A stretch of 64,000 nucleotides of DNA from Cellulomonas sp. (GCF_035634735.1 NZ_DASQCJ010000002.1:5337-69336); one strand, 5' to 3'; shown: positions 48,473-58,102, counted from the first letter of the stretch. Made by a program: numbers and translations. Notes: generated from the letters alone by a model not told the origin.

Positions 48473-49021
48473 TCATCCCGGGGCCACCGCGCCGGTCGCG
48501 CTGCCCGGGGTGTCGCCGGACACCGCCGGGGTGCCCTCCTCCCAGGTCACGGTGACGGCGGAGGCCTCGACGGTCACGGTGGTGACGCTGCGGAGGGCGA
48601 CCTGCGCCCCCGCGCCGGAGACCACCAGGTGCCCGACGTCGCCGGCCACGACCACCGCGGCCGCGCCGCCGACCGTGAGGGTGTCGCAGTCGTCCGTGAC
48701 CTCGACTGCCGCCCCCGCCCGGCTCACGGCCGCGTCGCCGCCCGCGCAGGTGACCTGGGCGGTGGTGAAGGGGAGGAGCGCGGCGCGCCCGGGGAGCGCG
48801 GTGCCGCCCGGGCCGTCGCCGGTCGCGGGGCCCCGGGTCTTCGTGCCGCCCGACGGGCTCGCCCCGGCCGCCGGCTCCGTCCCGGCCGCGTCCGGCGTCC
48901 CGTCGGACGTCGCGCGCGGCGGCGCCGGCGTCGCGTCCGCGTCGACCACCTCGACGCTGCACCCCGCCAGGCCGAGGGCGACGACGCCCGCGAGGACCGC
49001 CAGGGCCGGGCGGCGCCTCAC
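48473..49021 (-). CDS. DUF3060-like lipoprotein
   Basis: Lipobox LAGC; beta-solenoid-like C-terminus VTCAGG...VTDDCDTLTVGG...GDVGHLVVSG. Confidence 0.65.
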   Translation of the reverse strand: MRRRPALAVLAGVVALGLAGCSVEVVDADATPAPPRATSDGTPDAAGTEPAAGASPSGGTKTRGPATGDGPGGTALPGRAALLPFTTAQVTCAGGDAAVSRAGAAVEVTDDCDTLTVGGAAAVVVAGDVGHLVVSGAGAQVALRSVTTVTVEASAVTVTWEEGTPAVSGDTPGSATGAVAPG

Positions 49022-50223
49022 GACGCCACCCCGGGCAGCAGGATCTCCACGCGCCGGTTCAGCTGCCGGCCCGCCGGGTTGTCCTGCCCGTCGACCTCGT
49101 TCGGCGCGACGGGGAGGTCCTCGCCGTGCCCGACGACGTCGAACGCGGTGCCGACGCCGCTGCGGGCGAGGTGGTCGGCCACCGCCCGCGCGCGGTACTC
49201 GGACAGCCGCTGGTTGAACTCGGCCGACGAGACGGAGTCGGTGTGCCCCTCGACCGACCCGGCCGGCGCCGCGACGGTCGCGAGGGCCGCGGCCAGCGCG
49301 TCGAGCGCGTCCTCGGCGTCGGGCCGGAGCTCCGCGGACCCGAAGTCGAACAGCACCCCGGCGTCCAGGGTGAGCGTGGCGCCGCACGAGGGCACCGGGG
49401 CGATCGTGCCCATCGACGGGAACGCGCCGAGCCGGGGCACGCGCGGCAGCGGGTCGACCTCGACCGGCACGCCGTCCACCGTCCCGGTGCCGTCGCCGAA
49501 GTTCTGCACCGTCAGCGTGCCGTCGGAGTACATCCCGGAGCCGTCGCCGTAGTTGACGATCCGGGTGTCCCCGTCGGACGCGACGCCGGACCCGTCCCCG
49601 TAGTTCACCACCGACCGGTCGCCGCGGGACCAGCCCCCGCCGCCGTCGGTGTGCACGTACACGCGCGTCGTGCCGTCGTCGTACACCCCCGACCCGTCGC
49701 CGTAGCTCACGACCGACACCCCGTCGGCGGCGTAGGTGCCCGAGCCGTCGCCGTAGACGGTGACGGTGGTGCCGTTCAGCACGTAGGTGCCCGAGCCGTC
49801 GCCGTAGTTCACCACCGACCCGTCCGGCGCGGTGAACACGCCCGACCCGTCGCCGTAGGCCAGCAGCGCACCGCGCCCGACCTCGACGGCGCCGCTCGCG
49901 TCGCAGCGCGTCGGCGTCACCGTCACGCCGGGGATGTCGCCGACGGCCGCGTCGACGCCGAGCGCGAACCCGGCGAGCGAGGCGTCGAGCATCGACAGGT
50001 CCGGCAGCACGACGAGCGGGACGGGCGGGATCTCTCCCGGCTCGTACCCGGCGACCGCGGGGAGCGCGGGCGTGGGCGCGGGGGCGCGGGTGGTCGCGGC
50101 GGGCGAGGCGGCGGGGCGCTCCCGCTCCCCGGCGGTCTCCGGCGCGTCGGTGCCGCAGCCGGTCAGGACGACCAGGGCGGCGGCGGTGAGCAGGGCGTGG
50201 CGGCCTCGCGGCTGAAGCGGCAT
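49018..50223 (-). CDS. OmpA-like domain lipoprotein with GDGSG repeats
   Basis: Lipobox LTGC; seven [YF]GDG[ST]G repeats; OmpA_C motifs VLFDFGSA, VEGHTDS, NQRLSEYRARAV, NRRVEI. Confidence 0.88.
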   Translation of the reverse strand: MPLQPRGRHALLTAAALVVLTGCGTDAPETAGERERPAASPAATTRAPAPTPALPAVAGYEPGEIPPVPLVVLPDLSMLDASLAGFALGVDAAVGDIPGVTVTPTRCDASGAVEVGRGALLAYGDGSGVFTAPDGSVVNYGDGSGTYVLNGTTVTVYGDGSGTYAADGVSVVSYGDGSGVYDDGTTRVYVHTDGGGGWSRGDRSVVNYGDGSGVASDGDTRIVNYGDGSGMYSDGTLTVQNFGDGTGTVDGVPVEVDPLPRVPRLGAFPSMGTIAPVPSCGATLTLDAGVLFDFGSAELRPDAEDALDALAAALATVAAPAGSVEGHTDSVSSAEFNQRLSEYRARAVADHLARSGVGTAFDVVGHGEDLPVAPNEVDGQDNPAGRQLNRRVEILLPGVAS

Positions 50224-50331
50224 GGCAGCACCGTAGGGGAGCGCGCGTCGCGGCGGGTCGCCGGTCTGTCGCAGCGGTGTCGCAGGTCTGCGACACGTCC
50301 GGCGCCGCGCGCGGAGGCCCCCCGTCGTCGG

Positions 50332-50345
50332 TTGCAACGTTGTAA
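50332..50345. promoter_or_regulatory. LacI-family operator (upstream of the regulator)
   Basis: TTGCAACGTTGTAA, near-identical to the sites at 51496-51522. Confidence 0.75.
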
Positions 50346-50355
50346 CCTCGCTCCC

Positions 50356-51393
50356 GTGGCGATCGAACCCGAGGGCAGGGCCGCCCCGACGCTGCGCGAC
50401 GTCGCGCAGGTGGCGGGCGTGTCGTTCAAGACCGTGTCCAACGTGCTCAACGACCACCCGCAGGTGCGGGAGGCGACCCGGGCCAGGGTGCTCGCCGCCG
50501 TCGAGCAGGTCGGCTACCGCCCGAACCTGGCCGCCCGGAACCTGCGGCTCGGTCGGAGCGGCGTCATCGGCCTCGCGGTCCCCGAGCTGAGCCAGGCGTT
50601 CTTCGCCCAGCTCGCGGACGAGGTGATCCGGGTCGCGGCGGAGCAGGACCTGGTCGTCCTGGTCGAGCAGACCGGTGGGCTGCGCGAGCGCGAGCTCGAG
50701 GCGCTGCGGAACCCCCGGCTGTCGCTGACCGACGGCCTGCTGCTCGCCCCGCTCGGGCTCACGCACGAGGACGTCACCCCGGACCCGGCGGGCCGGCCGC
50801 TGGTGGTGCTCGGCGAGCCGCTGTTCCCGGGCCCCGTCGACCACGTGACGATGCAGCACGAGGCGGCGGCGCGCGCCGCGACGGAGCACCTGCTCGGGCT
50901 CGGGCGGCGGCGGGTGATGCTGCTCGGCGCGCACGCCGCGGAGGAGACGGGCGTGGCGGCGCTGCGGTACGCCGGGTACCGGGCCGCGATCGAGGCGGCC
51001 GGGCTCGAGGTCGACGACGCGCTGGTGGTGCCGATCGAGACGTGGGACCGCAGCAGCGGGGCCGAGGCGATGGCGCGGGTGCTGGACGCGGGCGTGCGGA
51101 TGGACGCGGTGTTCGCGATGAACGACGACCTCGCGCTCGGGGCGCTGCGCTCGCTCCAGGAGCGCGGGGTGGCGGTGCCGGCGGACGTCGCGCTGGTCGG
51201 GTTCGACGACGTCGCCGACGGCCGGTACACCTTCCCGAGCCTCACGACGGTCGAGCCCGGGCGGCACGACATCGCGCGCGAAGCGGTGCGGCTGCTGCGC
51301 GAGCGGATCGACGACCGCGCCCGCGGCGAGCTCGAGCCCCGCGTGATCGCGCCGGGATTCCGGCTGGTCGTCCGGGAGTCGACGGGCTCCTGA
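50356..51393 (+). CDS. LacI family transcriptional regulator
   Basis: TLRDVAQVAGVSFKTVSNVLN, YRPNLAARNL, VFAMNDDLA, VGFDD, PSLTTV. Confidence 0.95.
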   Translation: MAIEPEGRAAPTLRDVAQVAGVSFKTVSNVLNDHPQVREATRARVLAAVEQVGYRPNLAARNLRLGRSGVIGLAVPELSQAFFAQLADEVIRVAAEQDLVVLVEQTGGLRERELEALRNPRLSLTDGLLLAPLGLTHEDVTPDPAGRPLVVLGEPLFPGPVDHVTMQHEAAARAATEHLLGLGRRRVMLLGAHAAEETGVAALRYAGYRAAIEAAGLEVDDALVVPIETWDRSSGAEAMARVLDAGVRMDAVFAMNDDLALGALRSLQERGVAVPADVALVGFDDVADGRYTFPSLTTVEPGRHDIAREAVRLLRERIDDRARGELEPRVIAPGFRLVVRESTGS

Positions 51394-51460
51394 CCCGCGG
51401 CTCCGCGCCGCCGGTCGCCGCGCGGCCGCCGCCGGCGCGCGCGGTCACCCGGCGCCGGGG

Positions 51461-51522
51461 TTGACACGCCGCCGCCCCGCCCCGCAAGATCGCACTTACA
51501 ACGTTGTCTTACAACGTTGTAA
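51461..51522 (+). promoter_or_regulatory. Promoter and tandem LacI operators of the sugar ABC operon
   Basis: TTGACA at 51461, CAAGAT at 51485; TTACAACGTTGTCT (51496-51509) and perfect TTACAACGTTGTAA (51509-51522). Confidence 0.85.
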
Positions 51523-51551
51523 GCGGGCTCATCCCGAAAGGACACCACGCA

Positions 51552-52808
51552 ATGAAGCGCACCCCCGCCCTCGTCGTCGCGCCGGTCTGCCTGGCGCTCG
51601 CCCTCGCCGCCTGCTCCGGCGGCGGTTCCTCCGACTCCGACGGCCCCGTCGAGCTGAACTTCTGGCACGGGTACACCGAGGCCGACGGGGACGTGCTCCA
51701 GCAGATCGTCGACGACTTCAACGCCGCCCACGACGGCGAGATCACGATCACCACGCAGGTGAACCCCTGGGACGTCATCGACGACACGTTCCTGCCGGCC
51801 CTCTCCGCGGACAACGGCCCGGAGATCGTCGCGATGCCGGCCGAGCGGCTGCCGGTGTACGCCGACCGCGGCGCGTTCGTCGACCTGGACGACTTCTACG
51901 CCGGCGACGACGCCACGCCCCACCTCAACGCCGGCGCGCTCGACATGGTGACGGTCGACGGCACCGCGTACGGCGTCCCGACCGGCTTCGTGCCGCTGGC
52001 GATGTTCTACAACCAGGCCCTGTTCGACGCCGCGGGCGTCGCGGTGCCGACGACCTGGGACGAGTGGGTCGCCGCCGCCGAGGCGCTCACCGTCGACCAG
52101 GACGGCGACGGCACGCCCGAGCAGTACGGCCTCGCGCTCGCCGACCACGCCACGGTGGGCAACGGGGTGTGGCCGTCGCTGTTCTACGGCAACGGCGGCG
52201 CGATCGTCGAGGACGGCCAGGCGGTCGTCGACTCCCCGGAGAACGCCGAGACGCTCGAGTTCTGGCACGACGCGATCACCGCCGGGAAGATCAGCCCGAC
52301 CGGCGTCGACGGCGTGAGCGGCGACAGCCTGTTCAGCAGCGGCCGGGTCGCGATGTACATCGGCGGCCCGTGGATGGCGACCGTCTCCGAGGAGAACGGG
52401 ATCGACTACGGCATCGCGCCGATCCCGGCCGGCCCCGAGGCGCAGGCCGCGTCCGCGATCGGCGTCTCCATGGCGCTCACCCGGCAGGCCGACCAGGCCC
52501 AGCAGCAGGCCGCGCAGGAGTTCTTCTCCTACTTCCTGTCCCGCGAGGAGTCCGTCGCCTGGGCGCTCGGCTCGGGCTGGCCCCCGCTGCGCACCGACGT
52601 CGCCGCCGACGAGGTGGACGAGAACCCGGTCGTCGCGGCGCTCACCGAGCAGGCCGAGCTGGGCCGCCCGCTGCTGCCCGGCGTGGTGAACAGCACCGAC
52701 GTGCTCACGGCCGTCGACGACCTGACCCAGCGGGCGATGGCCGGCGAGCCGGTCGACGACCTGCTCGCCGAGGCGCAGACCGCGATCCAGGCCGCGCTGG
52801 ACGACTGA
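51552..52808 (+). CDS. Carbohydrate ABC transporter substrate-binding lipoprotein
   Basis: Lipobox LAAC; LNFWHG, YGVP, MFYNQALF, FSSGRVAMYIGGPW. Confidence 0.92.
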   Translation: MKRTPALVVAPVCLALALAACSGGGSSDSDGPVELNFWHGYTEADGDVLQQIVDDFNAAHDGEITITTQVNPWDVIDDTFLPALSADNGPEIVAMPAERLPVYADRGAFVDLDDFYAGDDATPHLNAGALDMVTVDGTAYGVPTGFVPLAMFYNQALFDAAGVAVPTTWDEWVAAAEALTVDQDGDGTPEQYGLALADHATVGNGVWPSLFYGNGGAIVEDGQAVVDSPENAETLEFWHDAITAGKISPTGVDGVSGDSLFSSGRVAMYIGGPWMATVSEENGIDYGIAPIPAGPEAQAASAIGVSMALTRQADQAQQQAAQEFFSYFLSREESVAWALGSGWPPLRTDVAADEVDENPVVAALTEQAELGRPLLPGVVNSTDVLTAVDDLTQRAMAGEPVDDLLAEAQTAIQAALDD

Positions 52809-52824
52809 CCGACCCACCCGGACC

Positions 52825-52858
52825 GGCCGTCCCCGGGGCAGCGACCCCGGGGACGGCC
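52825..52858 (+). other. Intercistronic 14-bp stem-loop after the binding-protein gene
   Basis: GGCCGTCCCCGGGG-CAGCGA-CCCCGGGGACGGCC; typical position for an mRNA-stabilising hairpin. Confidence 0.7.
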
Positions 52859-52881
52859 TCACTCCCGAGAGGTACCGCCCC

Positions 52882-53850
52882 ATGACCACCGCGCACGCGA
52901 CGGGATCCCGCACGCGGGCCTACCGTGCCCCCGCCCCCCTCGGCGGGCGCCCGGACCGGAGCCTGCAGCGCACGCGCACCGGCGGGCGCCGGAACCGCGC
53001 CGCCCTCGCCTTCCTCGCCCCGGCGCTGCTCATCATGGCGGTGTTCGTCGCCTGGCCGATGATCTCGGCGCTGCAGCTCTCGTTCACCGACGCCAGCGGC
53101 TTCGGCGAGGCGCAGTGGGTGGGGCTGGACAACTACGCCCGGATCTTCACGGACGCCGACATCCGCGACGCGGTCGTCAACACCGTCGTCTACGCGGTGC
53201 TGTTCACCCCGACCGCCGTGATCGTGGCGCTCGCGCTGGCCCTGCTGCTGACGAACGACCGGCTGCCGTTCCGGGGGCTGTTCCGCACGTCCCTGTTCCT
53301 GCCGTTCATCATCTCGCTGGCCGTGGCCGCCCTGGCCTGGTCGTACCTCATCGACCCGCAGGTCGGGCTGCTGCACTACTGGCTGCGCGGGATGGGGATC
53401 GACCTCGGCAACGTGCTGCAGGACCCGACGCTGGCGATGCCGGCGGTCGCGCTGGTCGCGGTGTGGAAGAACTTCGGCTTCTACATGGTGATCTTCATGG
53501 CGGGGCTCCAGGAGATCCCGGGCTCGCTGTACGAGGCCGCCAAGATGGACGGCGCCGGCGCCTGGTCCCGGTTCCGGCACATCACGCTGCCGATGCTGTC
53601 GAGCACCATGGCGTTCGTCCTGATCTTCGCGATGATCGCCGCGCTCCAGGCGTTCGACCAGATCTACGTGATGACCGGCGGCGGCCCCTACGGGAACACC
53701 CAGACCGTCGTCATGGAGATCTACGAGTCCGGCTTCCGGAAGCTCGAGCTCGGGTTCGCCTCCGCCCTGTCCTACGTCCTGCTGCTCGCGACGCTGGTGC
53801 TGAGCGTCGTCCAGTTCGTGTTCTTCGGGCGCCGCGAGAAGGAGTCCTGA
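52882..53850 (+). CDS. Carbohydrate ABC permease
   Basis: VGLDNY, EAA motif LYEAAKMDGAGAWSRFRHITLP. Confidence 0.93.
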   Translation: MTTAHATGSRTRAYRAPAPLGGRPDRSLQRTRTGGRRNRAALAFLAPALLIMAVFVAWPMISALQLSFTDASGFGEAQWVGLDNYARIFTDADIRDAVVNTVVYAVLFTPTAVIVALALALLLTNDRLPFRGLFRTSLFLPFIISLAVAALAWSYLIDPQVGLLHYWLRGMGIDLGNVLQDPTLAMPAVALVAVWKNFGFYMVIFMAGLQEIPGSLYEAAKMDGAGAWSRFRHITLPMLSSTMAFVLIFAMIAALQAFDQIYVMTGGGPYGNTQTVVMEIYESGFRKLELGFASALSYVLLLATLVLSVVQFVFFGRREKES

Positions 53851-54734
53851 TGTCCGCCGCCACCCTCGCGCCGGCCACCGCGCCGCAGCGCCCCGCCGTG
53901 CGGGCCGGGCGCCGCCGCGTCCGCGTCTCGACCGTCCTCATGACGGCCGCCGTCGCGGTCACCACGCTGATCGTCCTGCTGCCGCTGTTCATCGTCCTGT
54001 TCACCGCGTTCAAGCCGACGGCGGAGGTCAACGCCTACCCGCCGACGCTGCTGCCCGACGCCTGGACCATGGCGAACTTCGAGCGGATCTTCTCCGACCT
54101 GCCGTTCGCCCGGCTGATCGGGAACAGCTTCCTGTTCGCCGGCGGCGTCACGCTGTTCGCCGTGGCGTTCGACGCGCTGGCCGCGTACGCGCTCGCCCGG
54201 ATCGACTTCCGGGGGCGGCAGGTGCTCCTGATCGCGATCATCGCGACCCTGATGATCCCGTTCCAGGCGACGCTGATCCCCGTCTACCAGATCGTCACCG
54301 ACCTGGGCTGGGTCAACACGTTCGCGGGCCTGATCGTCCCGCGCGCCGCCGACGCGTTCGGCATCTTCTTCCTGCGGCAGTTCTTCATCGGCCTGCCGCG
54401 GGACCTCGACAACGCCGCGCGCATCGACGGCGCGTCCGAGCTGCGCGTGTTCTGGCAGATCGTCCTGCCGAACGCCCGGCCCGCGATCCTCACCCTGGCG
54501 ATCTACATCTTCGTCAACAACTGGAACGACCTGCTCTGGCCGCTGGTCTTCACGACGCAACAGGAGATGGGCACCATCACATCCGGACTCACCCAGCTCA
54601 CCGGCCCCGGCGGCATCGTGCCGTACGGCGTCATGATGGCCGGCGCGCTCGTCGCGGTCGTCCCGCTGGTCCTCGCCTTCATGCTCGTGCAGCGCAAGTT
54701 CATCGAGTCCATCGCCACCACGGGGCTCAAGTGA
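53850..54734 (+). CDS. Carbohydrate ABC permease
   Basis: EAA motif LDNAARIDGASELRVFWQIVLP, NWNDLLWPL. Confidence 0.93.
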   Translation: MSAATLAPATAPQRPAVRAGRRRVRVSTVLMTAAVAVTTLIVLLPLFIVLFTAFKPTAEVNAYPPTLLPDAWTMANFERIFSDLPFARLIGNSFLFAGGVTLFAVAFDALAAYALARIDFRGRQVLLIAIIATLMIPFQATLIPVYQIVTDLGWVNTFAGLIVPRAADAFGIFFLRQFFIGLPRDLDNAARIDGASELRVFWQIVLPNARPAILTLAIYIFVNNWNDLLWPLVFTTQQEMGTITSGLTQLTGPGGIVPYGVMMAGALVAVVPLVLAFMLVQRKFIESIATTGLK

Positions 54735-56038
54735 CGGGGGTCGCGGCCGGCGGCCGCTGGTTCGAGGACGGGGCCCTGCACTTCGGGCTCGGCATCGAGG
54801 ACACGTTCGTGCCGCAGGGCGGCCCGGGCGAGCGCCCGATCGACGAGTACGCGCTCACCGACCACTACGCGCGGTACGCCGAGGACCTCGGCCTGGCGTC
54901 GGACGCCGGGGCGACGTTCCTGCGCTGGGGCGTGCCGTGGCACCGGGTCAACCCCGGGCGCGGGGTCTGGGACTGGTCCTGGGTGGACCGGGTGGTCGAC
55001 CGGTTCGGCGAGCTCGGGTTGCGGCCGGTGATCGACCTGCTGCACTACGGGACGCCGCTGTGGCTCGACGGGCAGTTCGCGCACCCCGACTACCCGCAGG
55101 TGGTGGCCGAGTACGGCGTCGCGTTCGCGGAGCGCTACGGCGACCGGGTCACGGACTACACGCCGGTCAACGAGCCGATGATCCACGCGCTGTTCTGCGG
55201 CGTGTACGGCTACTGGCCGCCCTACCTCACGGGGGACGCCGGCCTGACGACGATGGTCCGCGCGCTGGGCGAGGGCTTCGTCCGGACGCAGCGGGGGATC
55301 GCGGACGTGCTCGGCGACCGGGCGACGTTCATGCACGTCGACGCCTCGATGCGGTACGCCGGGGACGTCCACGGCGAGCACCGCGCGCAGGCCGAGCGCC
55401 TGACCCACCAGGCGCACCTCGTCGAGGACCTGGTGACCGGGCGCGTGGACGACGCGCACCCCCTGGTCGGCGTGCTGCGCGCGCACGGGACGTCGGACGA
55501 CGCGCTCGCGTGGTTCGCGGACCACGCCGTGCGGCCGGACGTGATGGGGGTCAACTACTACCCGCGCATCTCGACCGAGGTGTTCGAGGAGGGCGTGCAC
55601 CACGGCGGCGGGTTCGCCGACCCCCGCCCCGCGCAGGACGCCGGGGTCGCGGGTCTCGTGGAGGTGCTGCTCGAGGCCGAGCGCCGGCACGGGGCGCCCG
55701 TCATGCTGACGGAGACCGCCGTGACCGCCCCCGTCGCGGACCGGGTGGCCTGGCTGCACGAGTCGGTGGCCGCGATCCGCACGCTGCGCTCGGTGGGGCA
55801 CCGGGTGGTCGGCTACACCTGGTGGCCGGTGTTCGACATGTACGAGTGGACGTACCGGCACGGCACGGCCGAGCGGGAGGAGTACCTGCTGACGATGGGG
55901 CTGTGGGACCTGGTCGAGGACGGCGCGGGCGGGCTCGACCGGCGGCGGACGCCGGTGGCGGACACCTACCGCGCGCTGGCGACGGACGCCCGCGCCAACG
56001 GGGCGCCCGCGGAGGCGGAGCGCCGCTGGGCGGCGTGA
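54731..56038 (+). CDS. Glycoside hydrolase family 1-like protein
   Basis: RWGVPWHRV, DLLHYG, acid/base TPVNEP, GVNYY, nucleophile MLTET, GYTWW. Confidence 0.85.
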   Translation: MTGVAAGGRWFEDGALHFGLGIEDTFVPQGGPGERPIDEYALTDHYARYAEDLGLASDAGATFLRWGVPWHRVNPGRGVWDWSWVDRVVDRFGELGLRPVIDLLHYGTPLWLDGQFAHPDYPQVVAEYGVAFAERYGDRVTDYTPVNEPMIHALFCGVYGYWPPYLTGDAGLTTMVRALGEGFVRTQRGIADVLGDRATFMHVDASMRYAGDVHGEHRAQAERLTHQAHLVEDLVTGRVDDAHPLVGVLRAHGTSDDALAWFADHAVRPDVMGVNYYPRISTEVFEEGVHHGGGFADPRPAQDAGVAGLVEVLLEAERRHGAPVMLTETAVTAPVADRVAWLHESVAAIRTLRSVGHRVVGYTWWPVFDMYEWTYRHGTAEREEYLLTMGLWDLVEDGAGGLDRRRTPVADTYRALATDARANGAPAEAERRWAA

Positions 56039-56092
56039 CGGCGGGACGGCGGCGTCCCTGAGTGGTCGCCGAGCGCGGCTAGCGTCCGTCGC

Positions 56093-56824
56093 ATGCGGGT
56101 GGGCGTCTACGTCGACGGGTTCAACCTGTACTACGGCGCGCGCGGGCTCTGCGGCCGGTCGACCCCGGGGTGGCGGTGGTTGGACCTCCGGGCCCTGGCC
56201 GCGCACCTCGTCGCGGGGCGGCCGGGGTGGACCGACGCCTCGATCGCCCGAGTCGTGTACTGCAGCGCCAGGATCAGCGGGGCGGGCAACCCGGAGGGGC
56301 AGCGCGAGCAGGACACGTACCTCCGCGCGCTGCAGCGGTCGGGCTCCGTCGACGAGCTGTCGATGGGCCAGTACGTCGCGCGCGTGTCCTGCGCCCCGCT
56401 GGCGGTCGCGGGGCCGCGAGGGAAGCCGGTTCTCGCGCACCCGCAGTGGCCGCTGATGGTGAAGGACGGCGCGGGGGCCGGCGCCCCGGACGCCACGTTC
56501 ATGGCGTCGGTGGCGCGACGTGAGGAGAAGGGCTCCGACGTGAACGTGGCGTCGCACCTGCTGATCGACCTGTACGAGCGGCGCATCGACGCCGCCGTCG
56601 TGGTGAGCAACGACTCGGATCTGGCCTATCCCGTCCAGCACGCGCGGACCCGGATCCCGGTCGGACTGGTCAACCCCTCGCGCAACTACCTCGCGGGCAA
56701 GCTCGCGGGACGCCCGGACGACGGAGTCGGCGCGCACTGGTGGTGCCAGCTCCGGGCCGAGGACCTGACCCGGGCCCAGCTCCCGTCGAGGGTCGGGGCG
56801 CTGACGAAGCCGTCGCCCTGGTGA
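56093..56824 (+). CDS. NYN (PIN-like, LabA/DUF88) domain protein
   Basis: [23 protein letters not shown] acidic tetrad. Confidence 0.88.
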   Translation: MRVGVYVDGFNLYYGARGLCGRSTPGWRWLDLRALAAHLVAGRPGWTDASIARVVYCSARISGAGNPEGQREQDTYLRALQRSGSVDELSMGQYVARVSCAPLAVAGPRGKPVLAHPQWPLMVKDGAGAGAPDATFMASVARREEKGSDVNVASHLLIDLYERRIDAAVVVSNDSDLAYPVQHARTRIPVGLVNPSRNYLAGKLAGRPDDGVGAHWWCQLRAEDLTRAQLPSRVGALTKPSPW

Positions 56825-56863
56825 CGTCGCTCGAGGCGCGGTGACACGGGGCGATGCCGACGG

Positions 56864-57409
56864 CTACGCTGGCGGCACACCACCCGGCCCCTCTGGGGTC
56901 GGGTTTTCTCGTCCCCGGGGTCGGGGCGGTCGGGTCTCGGTGACGTGCACGTCCGCGATGTGCACGTCGACCGTCACCCGCTCCGGGACCAGCGCCGTGC
57001 CGAGCGTCCGCTGGACCTCCGCCAGCACCGCCGACCGCGCGGCCGCGGCGTCCGGCCCGATCGGGGACCCGTAGGCCACGCTCAGCCGGAGCGCCACGCC
57101 GGCCAGCTCGGCGTCGGGGGCGACGTCGACCTGGACGTCGAGCACCCGCGCCGGCGTCGCACCGTCGACCGCGCGGCGCAGCACGTCGACGAGCACGGGC
57201 GTCGCGACGGTGAACCGGCCGTCCGCGCTCCGCCCGGCGACGTGCGGACCCGGGCGGAGCGTGCGCCGGACCCGCTCGAGCACGGCTTCGCGCGCGCGGA
57301 CCCAGCCCGCGTCGGTGATCTCCCGCAGCGTGCCGGCCGCGCGCGCGACCACCTCGTCCGGGTGGTCGTGGTCCTCCGGGCGGCCGGAGGGGTCGCGGTC
57401 TACCGCCAT
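56864..57409 (-). CDS. Hypothetical protein with Asp23-like C-terminus, coupled to the ECF sigma
   Basis: Overlaps the sigma stop by 10 nt; C-terminal LRLSVAYG...VTVDVHIADV. Confidence 0.6.
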   Translation of the reverse strand: MAVDRDPSGRPEDHDHPDEVVARAAGTLREITDAGWVRAREAVLERVRRTLRPGPHVAGRSADGRFTVATPVLVDVLRRAVDGATPARVLDVQVDVAPDAELAGVALRLSVAYGSPIGPDAAAARSAVLAEVQRTLGTALVPERVTVDVHIADVHVTETRPPRPRGRENPTPEGPGGVPPA

Positions 57410-57957
57410 GGCGCCAGCCTCCTCCCCAGCGTGGTCCGCGCCCGGTGCACCGCACCCCGCACCGCGTCGACCGTCGTCGCCTGCACCCGCGCGACGTCGG
57501 CGTAGGGCATGCGCTCCACCTCCACCAGCATCCAGCACGCCCGCTGCATCGGGGGCAGCTCCCGCAGGGCGATCTCGAGGGCGTCGCGCAGGTCGGCGGC
57601 CTCGACCGCGGAGATCGGGTCGCCCGGGGCCGCGGGCAGCGCCGCCTCCTCGGGCAGCGGGGCCGCCGGGTGCCGCGCCTCGGTCCGGACCCGGCGCCGC
57701 ACGGTGTTGGTCAGGATGCCGAACAGCCAGGTGCGGACGGCCGCCTCGCCCCGGAACCGGTCGGCCGACAGCCACGCGGAGACGAGCGCCTCCTGGACGC
57801 AGTCCTCGGCCGCGCCGTCGTCGTGCAGCATCCGCCGGGCGTACCGGTACATGGCCGCGCCGTGCCGCTCGACCAGGGCCGCGAACGCGTCCCGGTCGCC
57901 GAGCCGTGCGCGCCGGACCAGCTCGGCGTCGTGCTCACCGGGCCTCACGGGCGCCAA
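57400..57957 (-). CDS. ECF RNA polymerase sigma factor
   Basis: DAELVRRARLGDRDAF, AEDCVQEALVSAW, VRTWLFGIL, region 4 LPPMQR...YADVA...VHRAR; start may be GTG 57948. Confidence 0.93.
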   Translation of the reverse strand: MAPVRPGEHDAELVRRARLGDRDAFAALVERHGAAMYRYARRMLHDDGAAEDCVQEALVSAWLSADRFRGEAAVRTWLFGILTNTVRRRVRTEARHPAAPLPEEAALPAAPGDPISAVEAADLRDALEIALRELPPMQRACWMLVEVERMPYADVARVQATTVDAVRGAVHRARTTLGRRLAPWR

Positions 57958-57964
57958 CCTAGCC

Positions 57965-57980
57965 TGTGACCCAGATCACA
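57965..57980. promoter_or_regulatory. CRP/GlxR-type binding site
   Basis: Perfect TGTGA-CCCAGA-TCACA in the divergent sigma/Asp23 promoter region. Confidence 0.75.
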
Positions 57981-58102
57981 GCGACCGCACCGTGACGACC
58001 CGGCCGCCGCGGGCACCCACACGTGTCAGGACGGTGCGGCCGAGCCGCCATCCGGGCCCGCGACCGGCGGGCCGGGCCGCCGCGCCGGACGAGGAGGACG
58101 AC

